Below are positions 45,430 to 59,679 of a DNA stretch of 64,000 nt, in pieces. The position numbers were made by a program, and so were the translations under genes. Within the stretch, counting starts at the first letter, position 1. Each line of letters starts with the position of its first letter. This DNA comes from Escherichia coli. Lineage in GTDB: Bacteria > Pseudomonadota > Gammaproteobacteria > Enterobacterales > Enterobacteriaceae. The stretch is taken from NCBI RefSeq assembly GCF_003334255.1, contig NZ_QOWU01000011.1, one strand, 5' to 3'. Under the pieces are notes generated by a model, which worked only from the letters and a program-made list of their open reading frames with translations, made no database searches and was not told where the DNA came from.

Positions 45430-46470
45430 ATGCAATATCACCGTATACCCCACAGTTCGCTGGAAGTCAGCACGCTGGGGCTTGGCACGATGACGTTTGG
45501 TGAACAGAACAGCGAAGCCGACGCCCACGCACAACTCGACTATGCCGTCGCTCAGGGCATTAACCTTATCGACGTTGCCGAAATGTACCCAGTACCTCCG
45601 CGCCCCGAAACGCAAGGGTTAACCGAAACCTACGTCGGCAACTGGCTGGCGAAACATGGCAGCCGCGAAAAGTTAATTATCGCCTCCAAAGTGAGCGGAC
45701 CGTCGCGCAATAATGACAAGGGCATCCGCCCGGATCAGGCGCTGGATCGGAAGAATATCCGCGAAGCGCTGCATGACAGCCTCAAGCGCCTACAGACTGA
45801 TTACCTCGATCTTTATCAGGTGCACTGGCCGCAGCGCCCGACCAACTGCTTCGGCAAACTCGGTTATAGCTGGACGGATTCTGCGCCTGCGGTTTCGCTG
45901 CTGGATACGCTGGACGCACTGGCAGAGTACCTACGCGCGGGAAAAATTCGTTATATCGGCGTGTCGAACGAAACTGCATTTGGCGTAATGCGCTACCTGC
46001 ATCTGGCGGACAAACACGATCTGCCGCGTATTGTCACCATTCAGAACCCTTACAGTCTGTTAAACCGCAGTTTTGAAGTAGGTCTGGCAGAAGTCAGCCA
46101 GTATGAAGGGGTCGAACTGCTGGCCTATTCGTGCCTGGGTTTCGGCACGCTGACCGGGAAATATCTCAATGGTGCAAAACCCGCTGGCGCACGTAATACG
46201 CTCTTTAGTCGGTTCACCCGCTATAGCGGTGAGCAAACGCAAAAAGCCGTCGCGGCGTATGTTGATATCGCCAGACGTCATGGCCTGGACCCTGCTCAGA
46301 TGGCGCTCGCGTTTGTACGCCGTCAACCGTTTGTTGCCAGCACTCTGCTGGGCGCAACCACGATGGATCAGCTGAAAACTAACATCGAAAGTTTGCATCT
46401 GGAGTTAAGCGAAGACGTATTAGCTGAAATTGAAGCGGTGCATCAGGTTTATACTTATCCGGCACCATAA
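45430..46470 (+). CDS. tas: NADP(H)-dependent aldo-keto reductase Tas
   Basis: 346-aa ORF recognised as Tas. Confidence 0.9.
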   Translation: MQYHRIPHSSLEVSTLGLGTMTFGEQNSEADAHAQLDYAVAQGINLIDVAEMYPVPPRPETQGLTETYVGNWLAKHGSREKLIIASKVSGPSRNNDKGIRPDQALDRKNIREALHDSLKRLQTDYLDLYQVHWPQRPTNCFGKLGYSWTDSAPAVSLLDTLDALAEYLRAGKIRYIGVSNETAFGVMRYLHLADKHDLPRIVTIQNPYSLLNRSFEVGLAEVSQYEGVELLAYSCLGFGTLTGKYLNGAKPAGARNTLFSRFTRYSGEQTQKAVAAYVDIARRHGLDPAQMALAFVRRQPFVASTLLGATTMDQLKTNIESLHLELSEDVLAEIEAVHQVYTYPAP

Positions 46471-46473
46471 GAT

Positions 46474-46498
46474 TAACGCCGGTTAAAACCGGCGTTAA
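46474..46498. terminator. Hairpin between convergent tas and lplT (taacgccggtt-aaa-aaccggcgtta)
   Basis: Perfect 11-bp inverted repeat flanked by A/T; probable bidirectional terminator. Confidence 0.5.
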
Positions 46499-46501
46499 AT
46501 A

Positions 46502-49868
<3,367 letters not shown>

Positions 49869-49933
49869 TCAGTAAAAGCGAATGGAGGGAGATTACACGA
49901 GATAAAGAACGCGAGCGACAGTAAATTAGGTGC

Positions 49934-50022
49934 GAAAAAAAACCTGCGCATCCGCGCAGGTTGGTGCAAGAGACAGGGTACGAAGAGCGTACCGAATAAT
50001 CTCACCAATCAATACCTCTGGG
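49934..50022 (-). ncRNA. omrA: OmrA small RNA (OmpR-regulated, Hfq-dependent)
   Basis: Reverse complement reads CCCAGAGGTATTGATTGGTGAGATTATTCGGTACGCTCTTCGTACCCTGTCTCTTGCACCAACCTGCGCGGATGCGCAGGTTTTTTTT, matching remembered OmrA. Confidence 0.85.
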
Positions 50023-50136
50023 ATCTTGATTGTGGTCTGCACGACGACTCTTCGCCAGCGAGAAAACGCAAAGGAATGAAGGGAAATGCAACGAGGTGTG
50101 TAAATTGTCGGTTACTGTTACAGATTGATGACCGGC

Positions 50137-50218
50137 AAAAAAAACCTGCGCATCTGCGCAGGCTGGTGTAATTCATGTGCTCAACCCGAAGTTGACTTCA
50201 CCTATCAATACCTCTGGG
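50137..50218 (-). ncRNA. omrB: OmrB small RNA (paralogue of OmrA)
   Basis: Reverse complement reads CCCAGAGGTATTGATAGGTGAAGTCAACTTCGGGTTGAGCACATGAATTACACCAGCCTGCGCAGATGCGCAGGTTTTTTTT; shares 5' and 3' ends with OmrA. Confidence 0.85.
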
Positions 50219-50401
50219 ATCACCACTTTAGCAACCTGAAGCCAAACGCCACCAGCGGTCAATCGCAACAGCGTTTCGCAAAGTGTAACCAAAGGTTTGC
50301 AATCTCTTTTTTTGTCTTACTTATTTGCGTTTGGCTCACATTCCCACGATGAAAACACGCCACCCCTTGAACCAACGGGCGTTTTCCGTAACACTGAAAG
50401 A

Positions 50402-50417
50402 ATGTAAGCGTTTACCC
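50402..50417. promoter_or_regulatory. GalR/GalS operator-like palindrome upstream of galR
   Basis: aTGTAAgCGtTTACcc resembles the gal operator consensus (GTGnAAnCGnTTnCAC); sits 15 nt before the galR start. Confidence 0.35.
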
Positions 50418-50431
50418 ACTAAGGTATTTTC

Positions 50432-51463
50432 ATGGCGACCATAAAGGATGTAGCCCGACTGGCAGGCGTTTCAGTCGCCACCGTTTCCCGCGTCATTAAT
50501 AATTCACCCAAAGCCAGCGAAGCTTCCCGGCTGGCTGTGCATAGTGCAATGGAGTCTCTTAGCTATCACCCGAACGCCAACGCCCGTGCGCTGGCGCAGC
50601 AGACCACTGAAACGGTCGGTCTGGTCGTTGGTGATGTTTCCGATCCGTTTTTCGGTGCAATGGTGAAAGCGGTCGAACAGGTGGCTTATCACACCGGTAA
50701 TTTTTTATTGATTGGCAACGGTTACCACAACGAACAAAAAGAGCGTCAGGCCATTGAGCAACTGATCCGCCATCGCTGTGCTGCGTTGGTCGTCCATGCC
50801 AAAATGATCCCGGATGCTGATTTAGCCTCATTAATGAAACAAATGCCCGGTATGGTGCTGATCAACCGTATCCTGCCTGGCTTTGAAAACCGTTGTATTG
50901 CTCTGGACGATCGTTACGGTGCCTGGCTGGCAACGCGTCATTTAATTCAGCAAGGTCATACCCGCATTGGTTATCTGTGCTCTAACCACTCTATTTCTGA
51001 CGCCGAAGATCGTCTGCAAGGGTATTACGATGCCCTTGCTGAAAGTGGTATTGCGGCCAATGACCGGCTGGTGACATTTGGCGAACCAGACGAAAGCGGC
51101 GGCGAACAGGCAATGACCGAGCTTTTGGGACGAGGAAGAAATTTCACTGCGGTAGCCTGTTATAACGATTCAATGGCGGCGGGTGCGATGGGCGTTCTCA
51201 ATGATAATGGTATTGATGTACCGGGTGAGATTTCGTTAATTGGCTTTGATGATGTGCTGGTGTCACGCTATGTGCGTCCGCGCCTGACCACCGTGCGTTA
51301 CCCAATCGTGACGATGGCGACCCAGGCTGCCGAACTGGCTTTGGCGCTGGCGGATAATCGCCCTCTCCCGGAAATCACTAATGTCTTTAGTCCGACGCTG
51401 GTACGTCGTCATTCAGTGTCAACTCCGTCGCTGGAGGCAAGTCATCATGCAACCAGCGACTAA
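50432..51463 (+). CDS. galR: Galactose operon repressor (LacI family)
   Basis: 343-aa ORF with LacI-type HTH (MATIKDVARLAGVSVATVSRVINN); recognised as GalR. Confidence 0.95.
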   Translation: MATIKDVARLAGVSVATVSRVINNSPKASEASRLAVHSAMESLSYHPNANARALAQQTTETVGLVVGDVSDPFFGAMVKAVEQVAYHTGNFLLIGNGYHNEQKERQAIEQLIRHRCAALVVHAKMIPDADLASLMKQMPGMVLINRILPGFENRCIALDDRYGAWLATRHLIQQGHTRIGYLCSNHSISDAEDRLQGYYDALAESGIAANDRLVTFGEPDESGGEQAMTELLGRGRNFTAVACYNDSMAAGAMGVLNDNGIDVPGEISLIGFDDVLVSRYVRPRLTTVRYPIVTMATQAAELALALADNRPLPEITNVFSPTLVRRHSVSTPSLEASHHATSD

Positions 51464-51469
51464 CCGCAG

Positions 51470-52732
51470 TTAAAGCAATTCCAGCGCCAGTAATTCTTCG
51501 ATGGTCTGGCGACGGCGAATCAACCGCGCCTGACCATTATCAAACAGAACTTCTGGTAACAGCGGACGGCTATTGTAGTTGGATGACATTGATGCGCCAT
51601 ATGCCCCTGTATCATGCAGTACCAGATAATCACCTGCCTTCACTTCCGGCAAGGCGCGGGTTTCAACATTTCCCCCTTCCTGCTGGGTAAAGACATCGCC
51701 CGATTCACATAACGGTCCGGCGACGACGGTTTCCACCGTTGGCGCGTGTTCCAGAGAACGACCATCAGCTGCCAGGGCACTGATATGGTGGTAACTACCG
51801 TACATTGCCGGGCGCATCAGATCGTTGAACCCGGCATCAACCAGCACAAAGTGGCGGCTCCCCATTTGTTTGACGCTCCGCACCTGAGTAATTAATACGC
51901 CAGACTGCGCTACCAGGAAGCGACCCGGTTCAATTTCCAGTTTCACAGGGTGGCCCAAATGGCGGGCGATTTGCTCACGCGCGGCATTCCACAGACCATA
52001 ATAATGTTCGGTATCAACCGCCTCTTCACCCTGTTGATAAGGAACAGAAAGCCCACCGCCCGCAGAAATAGCCTGTAAATCCTGACCGAATTCGATGACC
52101 TGACGCACCATAGCACCACACACCTGTTCCAGATGGGCATAATCAACGCCAGAACCAATGTGCATGTGAATGCCGACCAGCTGCAGATGATGACGTTGTA
52201 TCACGTCCAGTGCGGCGGGCAGATCGGTGTACCAGATACCGTGCTTGCTGTTTTCGCCACCGGTATTGGTTTTTTGGCTATGTCCGTGACCAAACCCCGG
52301 ATTAACGCGCAGCCATACCCGATGCCCTGGCGAAACCTGGCCCAGTTGGTCGAGCATATCAACAGAACCCGCATTCACCGGAATTTGCAATTCACTGACG
52401 CGTTCAAGCGTCGCCTGATCGATAACATCTGCCGTAAAAACAATATCATCGGGGTGCGTTTGCGGATTGTAACCCGCCGCCAACGCACGCTCTATTTCGC
52501 CTAACGAGACGGAATCCACTTTCACGCCCTGCTCACGCATTAAGCGCAAAATATGAATATTGGAACAGGCTTTCTGTGCAAAGCGCACCACATCAAACTG
52601 TTTCAGCGCTGCAATCTGCCGACGAATAATTTGCGCATCGTAGACCCACACCGGGCAGCCAAATTCAGCGGGCAAACGCAGCAGATTTTCGGCGGTGAGA
52701 TCGGTATCGGTGCTGAACAGTGAATGTGGCAT
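51470..52732 (-). CDS. lysA: Diaminopimelate decarboxylase
   Basis: 420-aa ORF recognised as LysA. Confidence 0.95.
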   Translation of the reverse strand: MPHSLFSTDTDLTAENLLRLPAEFGCPVWVYDAQIIRRQIAALKQFDVVRFAQKACSNIHILRLMREQGVKVDSVSLGEIERALAAGYNPQTHPDDIVFTADVIDQATLERVSELQIPVNAGSVDMLDQLGQVSPGHRVWLRVNPGFGHGHSQKTNTGGENSKHGIWYTDLPAALDVIQRHHLQLVGIHMHIGSGVDYAHLEQVCGAMVRQVIEFGQDLQAISAGGGLSVPYQQGEEAVDTEHYYGLWNAAREQIARHLGHPVKLEIEPGRFLVAQSGVLITQVRSVKQMGSRHFVLVDAGFNDLMRPAMYGSYHHISALAADGRSLEHAPTVETVVAGPLCESGDVFTQQEGGNVETRALPEVKAGDYLVLHDTGAYGASMSSNYNSRPLLPEVLFDNGQARLIRRRQTIEELLALELL

Positions 52733-52853
52733 AACAAACTCCAGATAAGTGCTTTTTTATGATTACGCCACATCATAAAAAGAATAAAAAATATCGATTT
52801 ATGTCGAGTCTATGCAAAAATGATATGGATTACCGGATTGCGAGAGAGCGCTA

Positions 52854-53789
52854 ATGGCCGCCGTTAACTTACGTCATATTGAAATTTTTCATGCGGTAAT
52901 GACCGCCGGAAGCCTGACTGAGGCGGCACACCTGCTACACACCTCACAGCCAACCGTCAGCCGCGAACTTGCGCGCTTTGAGAAGGTGATCGGGCTGAAA
53001 TTGTTTGAGCGCGTACGTGGGCGATTACATCCTACCGTGCAAGGACTGCGTCTGTTTGAAGAAGTGCAACGATCCTGGTACGGACTGGATCGCATTGTCA
53101 GCGCCGCAGAAAGTCTGCGCGAGTTTCGCCAGGGAGAACTGTCTATTGCCTGCCTGCCGGTCTTTTCGCAATCTTTTTTACCGCAGCTCCTGCAACCCTT
53201 TCTGGCACGTTATCCCGATGTCAGCTTAAATATCGTGCCCCAGGAATCACCGCTACTTGAAGAGTGGCTCTCGGCCCAGCGTCATGATTTAGGACTCACT
53301 GAAACGCTCCATACGCCTGCGGGAACAGAACGTACCGAATTACTCTCTTTAGATGAAGTGTGTGTGTTACCTCCGGGTCATCCGCTGGCGGTAAAAAAGG
53401 TATTAACGCCGGATGATTTTCAGGGTGAGAACTACATCAGCCTTTCCCGTACTGACAGCTATCGCCAGTTGCTGGATCAGCTATTTACTGAACATCAGGT
53501 TAAACGACGCATGATCGTAGAAACCCACAGCGCCGCGTCAGTCTGCGCAATGGTACGGGCGGGGGTAGGTGTTTCGGTGGTTAACCCGCTCACCGCACTA
53601 GATTATGCGGCAAGCGGTTTAGTGGTGCGGCGGTTCAGTATTGCGGTTCCGTTCACCGTCAGCCTGATCCGCCCCCTGCACCGCCCGTCATCAGCGCTGG
53701 TTCAGGCGTTTAGTGGGCATTTACAAGCGGGGTTACCGAAACTGGTCACTTCTCTTGACGCTATTTTGTCGTCAGCTACGACAGCATAA
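52854..53789 (+). CDS. lysR: LysR transcriptional activator of lysA
   Basis: 311-aa ORF with LysR-type HTH; divergent from lysA. Confidence 0.95.
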
Positions 53790-54468
53790 AAGCGACAGCA
53801 TCCTCGGCATGGATCGCCGCGGTATCAAACACAGGCAAAACACTGCGCTCTTCTGGCACCAGTAAACCAATTTCTGTGCAGCCAAAAATGACGCCCTGTG
53901 CGCCCTGTTCTGCAAGGCGAGCAATCACTTGCGCATAATAAGCGCGTGACGCTTCGGTAAATTGCCCCAGACACAGTTCTTCAAAAATAATCTGATTAAT
54001 TTTCGCCCGTTCATCCGCTTCAGGAATAAGACAATTGATGGAAAATTGTTCCGTCAGCCGCCCGCGATAAAAATCCTGTTCCATGGTGTAACGCGTACCC
54101 AGCAGCGCCACACGAGTCATTCCGGCCCCGGTAATTGCACGTCCGGTGGCATCCGCAATGTGTAAGAAAGGCAGAGTGCAACGTGACTCAATGGCATCCG
54201 CCACTTTATGCATCGTATTGGTACATAACACAATACCTTCTGCGCCCGCCCGCTGTAAGCCAAGCGCCGCCTCAGCCAGAATGTCCCCGGTTTTATCCCA
54301 TTCCCCGCGACGCTGGCACTCTTCTATTTCATGAAAATCGACGCTATGTAGCAGCACTTGCGCAGAGTGAAGCCCACCAAGCCGCTGTTTAATGCCTTCA
54401 TTTATCAAACGATAGTAAGGAATGGTGGATTCCCAGCTCATTCCTCCCAGCAAACCAATTGTTTTCAT
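53776..54468 (-). CDS. ygeA: Asp/Glu-racemase-family amino-acid racemase
   Basis: 230-aa ORF from ATG 54468 ([15 protein letters not shown]...); 3' end overlaps the lysR 3' end by 14 nt. Confidence 0.85.
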
Positions 54469-54596
54469 TCCTCTCTCCTGATGTGTGTTACCGCAACAAG
54501 GCTGAATAAGGAACGAGACAAACGCCTCAACGGCCAAGTGCCCAATCTCTATTAACGAAAAAAGGGCCGGATGTACAGCACATCCGGCCCGTGAAA

Positions 54597-56015
54597 TCAG
54601 ACGCCGATATTTCTCAACTTCTCGCCTGCCATCAGTTTGCGTTCGATATGTTCCAGCGTGACATTTTTGGTTTCCGGAATGAGCCAGAAAGTAATGCCCA
54701 CAAACGCAATGTTCAGCGCAGTGTAGAGCCAGAACGTACCGGCAGCGCCAATGCTATCAAGCAGTGTCAGGAAGGTCGCGCCGATAATCATATTCGACAC
54801 CCAGTTCGTGGTGGTCGAACAGGTAATACCGAAATCGCGGCATTTCAGCGGCTGAATTTCAGAGCACAGGATCCACACCACTGGCGCGGCGCTCATCGCA
54901 TAACCGGCAATACACATCATCGTCATGCCAACAGAGAGCCAGGACAAGCCACTGGAAGCCGTACCGTTATCAAACTGCATCAGGCAATAGCCCAGCACCA
55001 GAGTGCCTAACGCCATCACGCTGAAACCAATTTTCAGAGCCGGTTTACGCCCTGCTTTATCTACCGTAAACACCGCAATAAAGGTGGCGAACATAAAGGT
55101 CAGCCCTACGACCAGAGTCGCAATCATCTGTTGTTCTGTGGTCGTAAAGCCCGCCATTTTGAAGATACGCGGCGCGTAGTACATGATGATGTTCATACCG
55201 GTAAACTGCTGCATCGCCTGCAACAACATACCGAGAAACACAGCACGACGGACGTTACGGTTGATCTTAAACAGTGCCCAACCGCCCTGTTTTAACTTCA
55301 GGCTTTCACGAATTTCGTTGAGTTCTTCTCGCGCTTTTTCCGACGTATCGCGCAGCATACGCAATACTTCTTCCGCCTCAATATGACGCCCCTTTTCCGC
55401 CAGCCAGCGCGGGCTATTTGGCAGGAAGACTACCAGAATAATCAGCAGAACTGCTGGTAAAGCAAGAACCCCCAACATTGCGCGCCAGTTACCGCTATAA
55501 CTGAACGCTGTATCGGATAAAAACGCCAGCACGATGCCGAGTGTGACCATCAACTGGTACATACTGATCATCTTACCGCGAACGTTTTCACTTGCCATTT
55601 CAGAAAGATACAGAGGAGCGGTGTAAGACGCGATCCCGACAGCAATGCCCAGCACCACACGAGCGGCGATTAACATCTCTACGCTGGTCGCAAAAGCGGA
55701 CCCTATAGAACCGAGTACAAACAGGATGGCCCCCGCCATCAGGCTGTATTTACGCCCCAGGCGGAACGACAGCCAACCATTAAACAGCGCACCAATTGCT
55801 GCACCGAGCATCATGCTACTAACCACCCATTCCTGCAAACGACTGGTCAGCACAAAGTGATCGGTAATGAACGGCAACGCTCCGGCGATTACGCCGATAT
55901 CAAGACCAAATAACAATCCTGCGACCGCAGCAGCTACCGAAACAAACATATTCATACGCCGCGTATCCCGCAAAGAACGTGGCGTTAAAGCAGATTCCGT
56001 ATTGATAGTAACCAT
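54597..56015 (-). CDS. araE: Arabinose:H+ symporter (MFS)
   Basis: 472-aa ORF from ATG 56015 ([15 protein letters not shown]...); the 515-aa track ORF is an upstream extension. Confidence 0.9.
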
Positions 56016-56283
56016 TTTTTCCTGCCAGCAGAGAGTAAGACATAGTGAAAAAATACGTGAACAACTCACGCAGGTGTCAGGTCGGAAACAGCATAAATAT
56101 GGATTAAATTGCTGCGACATGTCGTTATGTGATGGATATTCCAATTTTCAAATTAAGTTGAATTATTGAGATTATTATTAACCACCTAATTTTACAGCAG
56201 ATAAAATTCATAAAGTTCATTAATTGATAATTAATATGGATTATTTCATAACCATGATATGGATTATGATGATCTACAGGTAT

Positions 56284-56307
56284 AAAAAACCCTGCCATGC
56301 GGCAGGG
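56284..56307 (-). terminator. Intrinsic terminator downstream of kduD
   Basis: On the minus strand: ccctgcc-gcat-ggcaggg hairpin followed by a T6 run (plus-strand A-run 56284-56289). Confidence 0.65.
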
Positions 56308-56329
56308 TCATAAAAGTAAGAAGAATGAA

Positions 56330-57091
56330 TTAACGCGCCAGCCAACCGCCATCCACGGCAATGGTATAACCATTCACATAATCTGAAGCGCTGGAGGCAA
56401 GGAACACTATCGGCCCCATCAGGTCACTCGGCAGTCCCCAACGACCAGCTGGAATGCGGTCGAGAATTTCCGCGCTACGTTGTTCATCTGCCCGTAGTTG
56501 TTGAGTATTGTTGGTCGCCATGTAACCCGGGGCTATCGCATTAACATTAATGTTGTGTTTAGCCCATTCGTTCGCCATCAATCGCGTCACACCCATCACG
56601 CCGCTTTTTGATGCGGTATAAGAAGGCACACGGATCCCGCCCTGGAAGGAGAGCATTGACGCGATATTGATAATCTTGCCGCCATTGCCTTGCGCGATAA
56701 AGTGTTTCGCCGCTGCCTGAGACATGAAGAATACGCTCTTGATATTCAGGTTCATGACATCGTCCCAGTCCTTTTCGCTGAACTCGAGAGCATCTTCGCG
56801 GCGAATCAATCCGGCGTTATTCACCAGGATATCAATATGACCAAACTCCGCTACCGCGCGATCCAGCAGTGCTGGAATACCATCAATCTTTCGCAGATCG
56901 GCGGTCAGGCTTAAAAAACGACGCCCCAGCGCTGTGACCTGCTCGATGGTTTCAGTCGGTTCAACGATGTTAATGCCAACAATGTCACAGCCCGCTTGCG
57001 CCAGCCCCAACGCCATCCCCTGACCCAGTCCAGTATCACAACCAGTGACGACCGCAACTTTACCTTCGAGAGAAAATGCACTTAAAATCAT
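56330..57091 (-). CDS. kduD: 2-dehydro-3-deoxy-D-gluconate 5-dehydrogenase (SDR)
   Basis: 253-aa ORF with SDR glycine motif (VTGCDTGLG); recognised as KduD. Confidence 0.95.
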   Translation of the reverse strand: MILSAFSLEGKVAVVTGCDTGLGQGMALGLAQAGCDIVGINIVEPTETIEQVTALGRRFLSLTADLRKIDGIPALLDRAVAEFGHIDILVNNAGLIRREDALEFSEKDWDDVMNLNIKSVFFMSQAAAKHFIAQGNGGKIINIASMLSFQGGIRVPSYTASKSGVMGVTRLMANEWAKHNINVNAIAPGYMATNNTQQLRADEQRSAEILDRIPAGRWGLPSDLMGPIVFLASSASDYVNGYTIAVDGGWLAR

Positions 57092-57120
57092 AACAATACC
57101 TTATTCGTTTATGCCCACAA

Positions 57121-57957
57121 CTAGCGCAAATCTTTAACGGCCACATGGTCCATATCATCAAAGACCTGGTTTTCACCGACCATGCCCCAGATAAAGGTAT
57201 AAGCTTTGGTTCCGACACCGGAATGGATCGACCAGCTCGGGGAGATCACCGCCTGCTCGTTATGCATCACAATATGACGCGTTTCTTGCGGCTGCCCCAT
57301 CATGTGGAAAACGCAGGCGTCATCATCCATATTGAAATAGAAATAAACTTCCATCCGGCGCTCGTGGGTGTGACACGGCATGGTGTTCCACAAGTTACCC
57401 GGAGCCAGCTCCGTCAGCCCCATACTCAATTGGCAGGTTTCCAGTACATCCGGGACAAAATATTTGTTAATCGTGCGACGGTTACTGGTGAGGTTATCGC
57501 CTAACGTGACTGGAGATACTTCGTCCGGTGTGACTTTTTTGGTGGGATACGTCGTATGCGCGGGTGCGCAATTGTAATAAAACTTCGCCGGAGTGCCGGT
57601 ATCAATACTGGCAAAGACAACTTCTTTTGCACCTTTACCAACATACAGGGCGTCGCGGTGACCGATTTCATAGCATTGGCCATCGACAGTAATCGTACCG
57701 GCACCGCCAATATTGATAACACCTAACTCGCGACGTTCAAGGAAATAGCTTACGCCGAGTTGTTTACCAACTTCCCCGCCAACGGAAACCGTTTTAGTTA
57801 TCGGCATAATGCCGCCAACAATAATTCGGTCAATGTGGCTGTAAACCATGGTGTACTCATCGGCGACAAATACCTTTTCAACCAAAAATTCATTGCGCAG
57901 CCCTTGGGTATCCAGCGTTTTTGCGTGCGCACTGTGGATGCTCTGTCTTACGTCCAC
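57121..57957 (-). CDS. kduI: 5-dehydro-4-deoxy-D-glucuronate isomerase (cupin)
   Basis: 278-aa ORF recognised as KduI. Confidence 0.95.
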
Positions 57958-58002
57958 ATCAACCTCCGATAATCAGTGAAGCGTGAAAATAGAAAACGAT
58001 AG

Positions 58003-58088
58003 TGAAACACTGTTTCGTTTTCTCTATAAAGGGATGATATGCCCATGGGCTAGGGTTTTCAATTAAAAATAAAACAATGTTTCATTTT
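58003..58088. promoter_or_regulatory. Two KdgR-operator-like palindromes upstream of kduI
   Basis: tGAAACActGTTTCg (58003-58017) and ataAAACAaTGTTTcatttt (58069-58088); resemble the KdgR box AAATGAAACAnTGTTTCATTT. Confidence 0.5.
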
Positions 58089-58243
58089 TAAGTTAAGGAT
58101 TAAAAAAAGTGCAGTGTCGATCACGAATATGTCATGAGAATGGAAAAATGAGGGAGCCCAGAAAATGTATGTCGACTTGCCAGCCATCATTATTCAACAG
58201 ATTAATGACGGCAGATATTTATCGGTAAGGAGGAAATGCAGAG

Positions 58244-59425
58244 CTATTCGTCACGTTCAATGGTCAATGCCACACCCTGGCCCCCGCCGATACAAAGCGT
58301 TGCCAGTCCTTTGCGGGCATTACGTTTCACCATTTCATGAACCAGAGAAACCAGGATTCGGCAACCGGAAGCGCCTATCGGGTGACCGAGTGCGATCGCG
58401 CCACCATTGACATTGACCCGACGCTCATCCCACTCAAGCATCTTGCCAACCGAAAGCGCCTGTGCAGCAAACGCTTCATTAGCCTCGATAAGATCGACTT
58501 CAGCCAACTGCCAGCCTACACGCTCCAGGCAACGGCGGGTCGCATACACCGGCGCAATTCCCATCAATGCCGGATCTACACCAACGCTGGCAAATGCGCG
58601 AATGCGGGCCAGCACGGGTAAATTCAACGCTCGTGCTTTGGCTTCGCTCATCATCATTACCGCAGCTGCGCCATCGTTTATGGATGATGCATTACCCGCT
58701 GTCACAGAACCGAGACTATCAAATGAAGGATTTAAACGGGCTAAGCCTTCTGCGCTGGCGTCAGTGCGTGGCTGTTCATCGGTATCAACAACCAACGTCT
58801 GCCCGTTACTTTGGGTCATTACCGGGACGATCTCATCTTTAAATCGTCCGGCGTCAATCGCCGCTCGCGCTTTTTGTTGCGAGCTAAGTGCGTAAGCATC
58901 CTGCAACTGACGGCTGATGCCATATTCGCGAGCCAGATTTTCGGCGGTGACACCAATATGATAATCATTGAAGGCATCCCACAACCCATCATGCACAAGA
59001 CTGTCAACCAACTGGCTATTGCCAAGCTGTGCACCGGTGCGGCTATCAGTCAGAACATGTGGTGCGCGGCTCATGTTTTCCTGGCCACCGGTGATGACAA
59101 TATCAGCCTCGCCACACTGTATCGCCTGAGTAGCCAGATGCAGTGCTTTAAGCCCGGAACCGCAAACGTCATTAATAGTGATTGCAGAAACGCTATTAGG
59201 CAGACCACCTTTAATAGCCGATTGCCTTGCCGGATTCTGCCCTGCCCCTGCAGTCAACACCTGACCAAGAATTACTTCATCCACCGCATATGCAGGAACG
59301 CCGGTACGTTCTATTAACGCTTTCACGACCAGACTACCAAGTTCCACGGCGGAATGACCCGCTAACGCACCACGAAAGCAGCCGATAGGTGTCCGTAACG
59401 CCCCGACAATCACAACGTCTTTCAT
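58244..59425 (-). CDS. yqeF: Thiolase-family acetyl-CoA acetyltransferase homologue
   Basis: 393-aa ORF from ATG 59425 (MKDVVIVGALRTPIG...); thiolase catalytic Cys motifs present. Confidence 0.85.
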   Translation of the reverse strand: MKDVVIVGALRTPIGCFRGALAGHSAVELGSLVVKALIERTGVPAYAVDEVILGQVLTAGAGQNPARQSAIKGGLPNSVSAITINDVCGSGLKALHLATQAIQCGEADIVITGGQENMSRAPHVLTDSRTGAQLGNSQLVDSLVHDGLWDAFNDYHIGVTAENLAREYGISRQLQDAYALSSQQKARAAIDAGRFKDEIVPVMTQSNGQTLVVDTDEQPRTDASAEGLARLNPSFDSLGSVTAGNASSINDGAAAVMMMSEAKARALNLPVLARIRAFASVGVDPALMGIAPVYATRRCLERVGWQLAEVDLIEANEAFAAQALSVGKMLEWDERRVNVNGGAIALGHPIGASGCRILVSLVHEMVKRNARKGLATLCIGGGQGVALTIERDE

Positions 59426-59679
59426 CACAACCTCGCACCAATTAACAGTGCAATAGTAAATGATTGTTAATTACAGTTATCTTAATTGTTTAAAAAAAGT
59501 GATTTTTATCACAAAGGAAATATGCCTGAGCAGCAGTCAGAGACATAACTGGCACGTAAGGTTTGCAACCACTAACCCACCAATAGAGGGGTAGATAGGG
59601 CGTTAATCTCCCATACTTAACCTGGTTTATGGTAAATTGCCCTCCATTTTGTTTAATTTGTAGATGATACGTTCAGATA

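Noticed and set aside
58407-59317. 162-aa and 168-aa plus-strand ORFs inside yqeF
   Set aside because: Antisense to the thiolase gene; Ala/Ser/Arg-rich translation without domain features.
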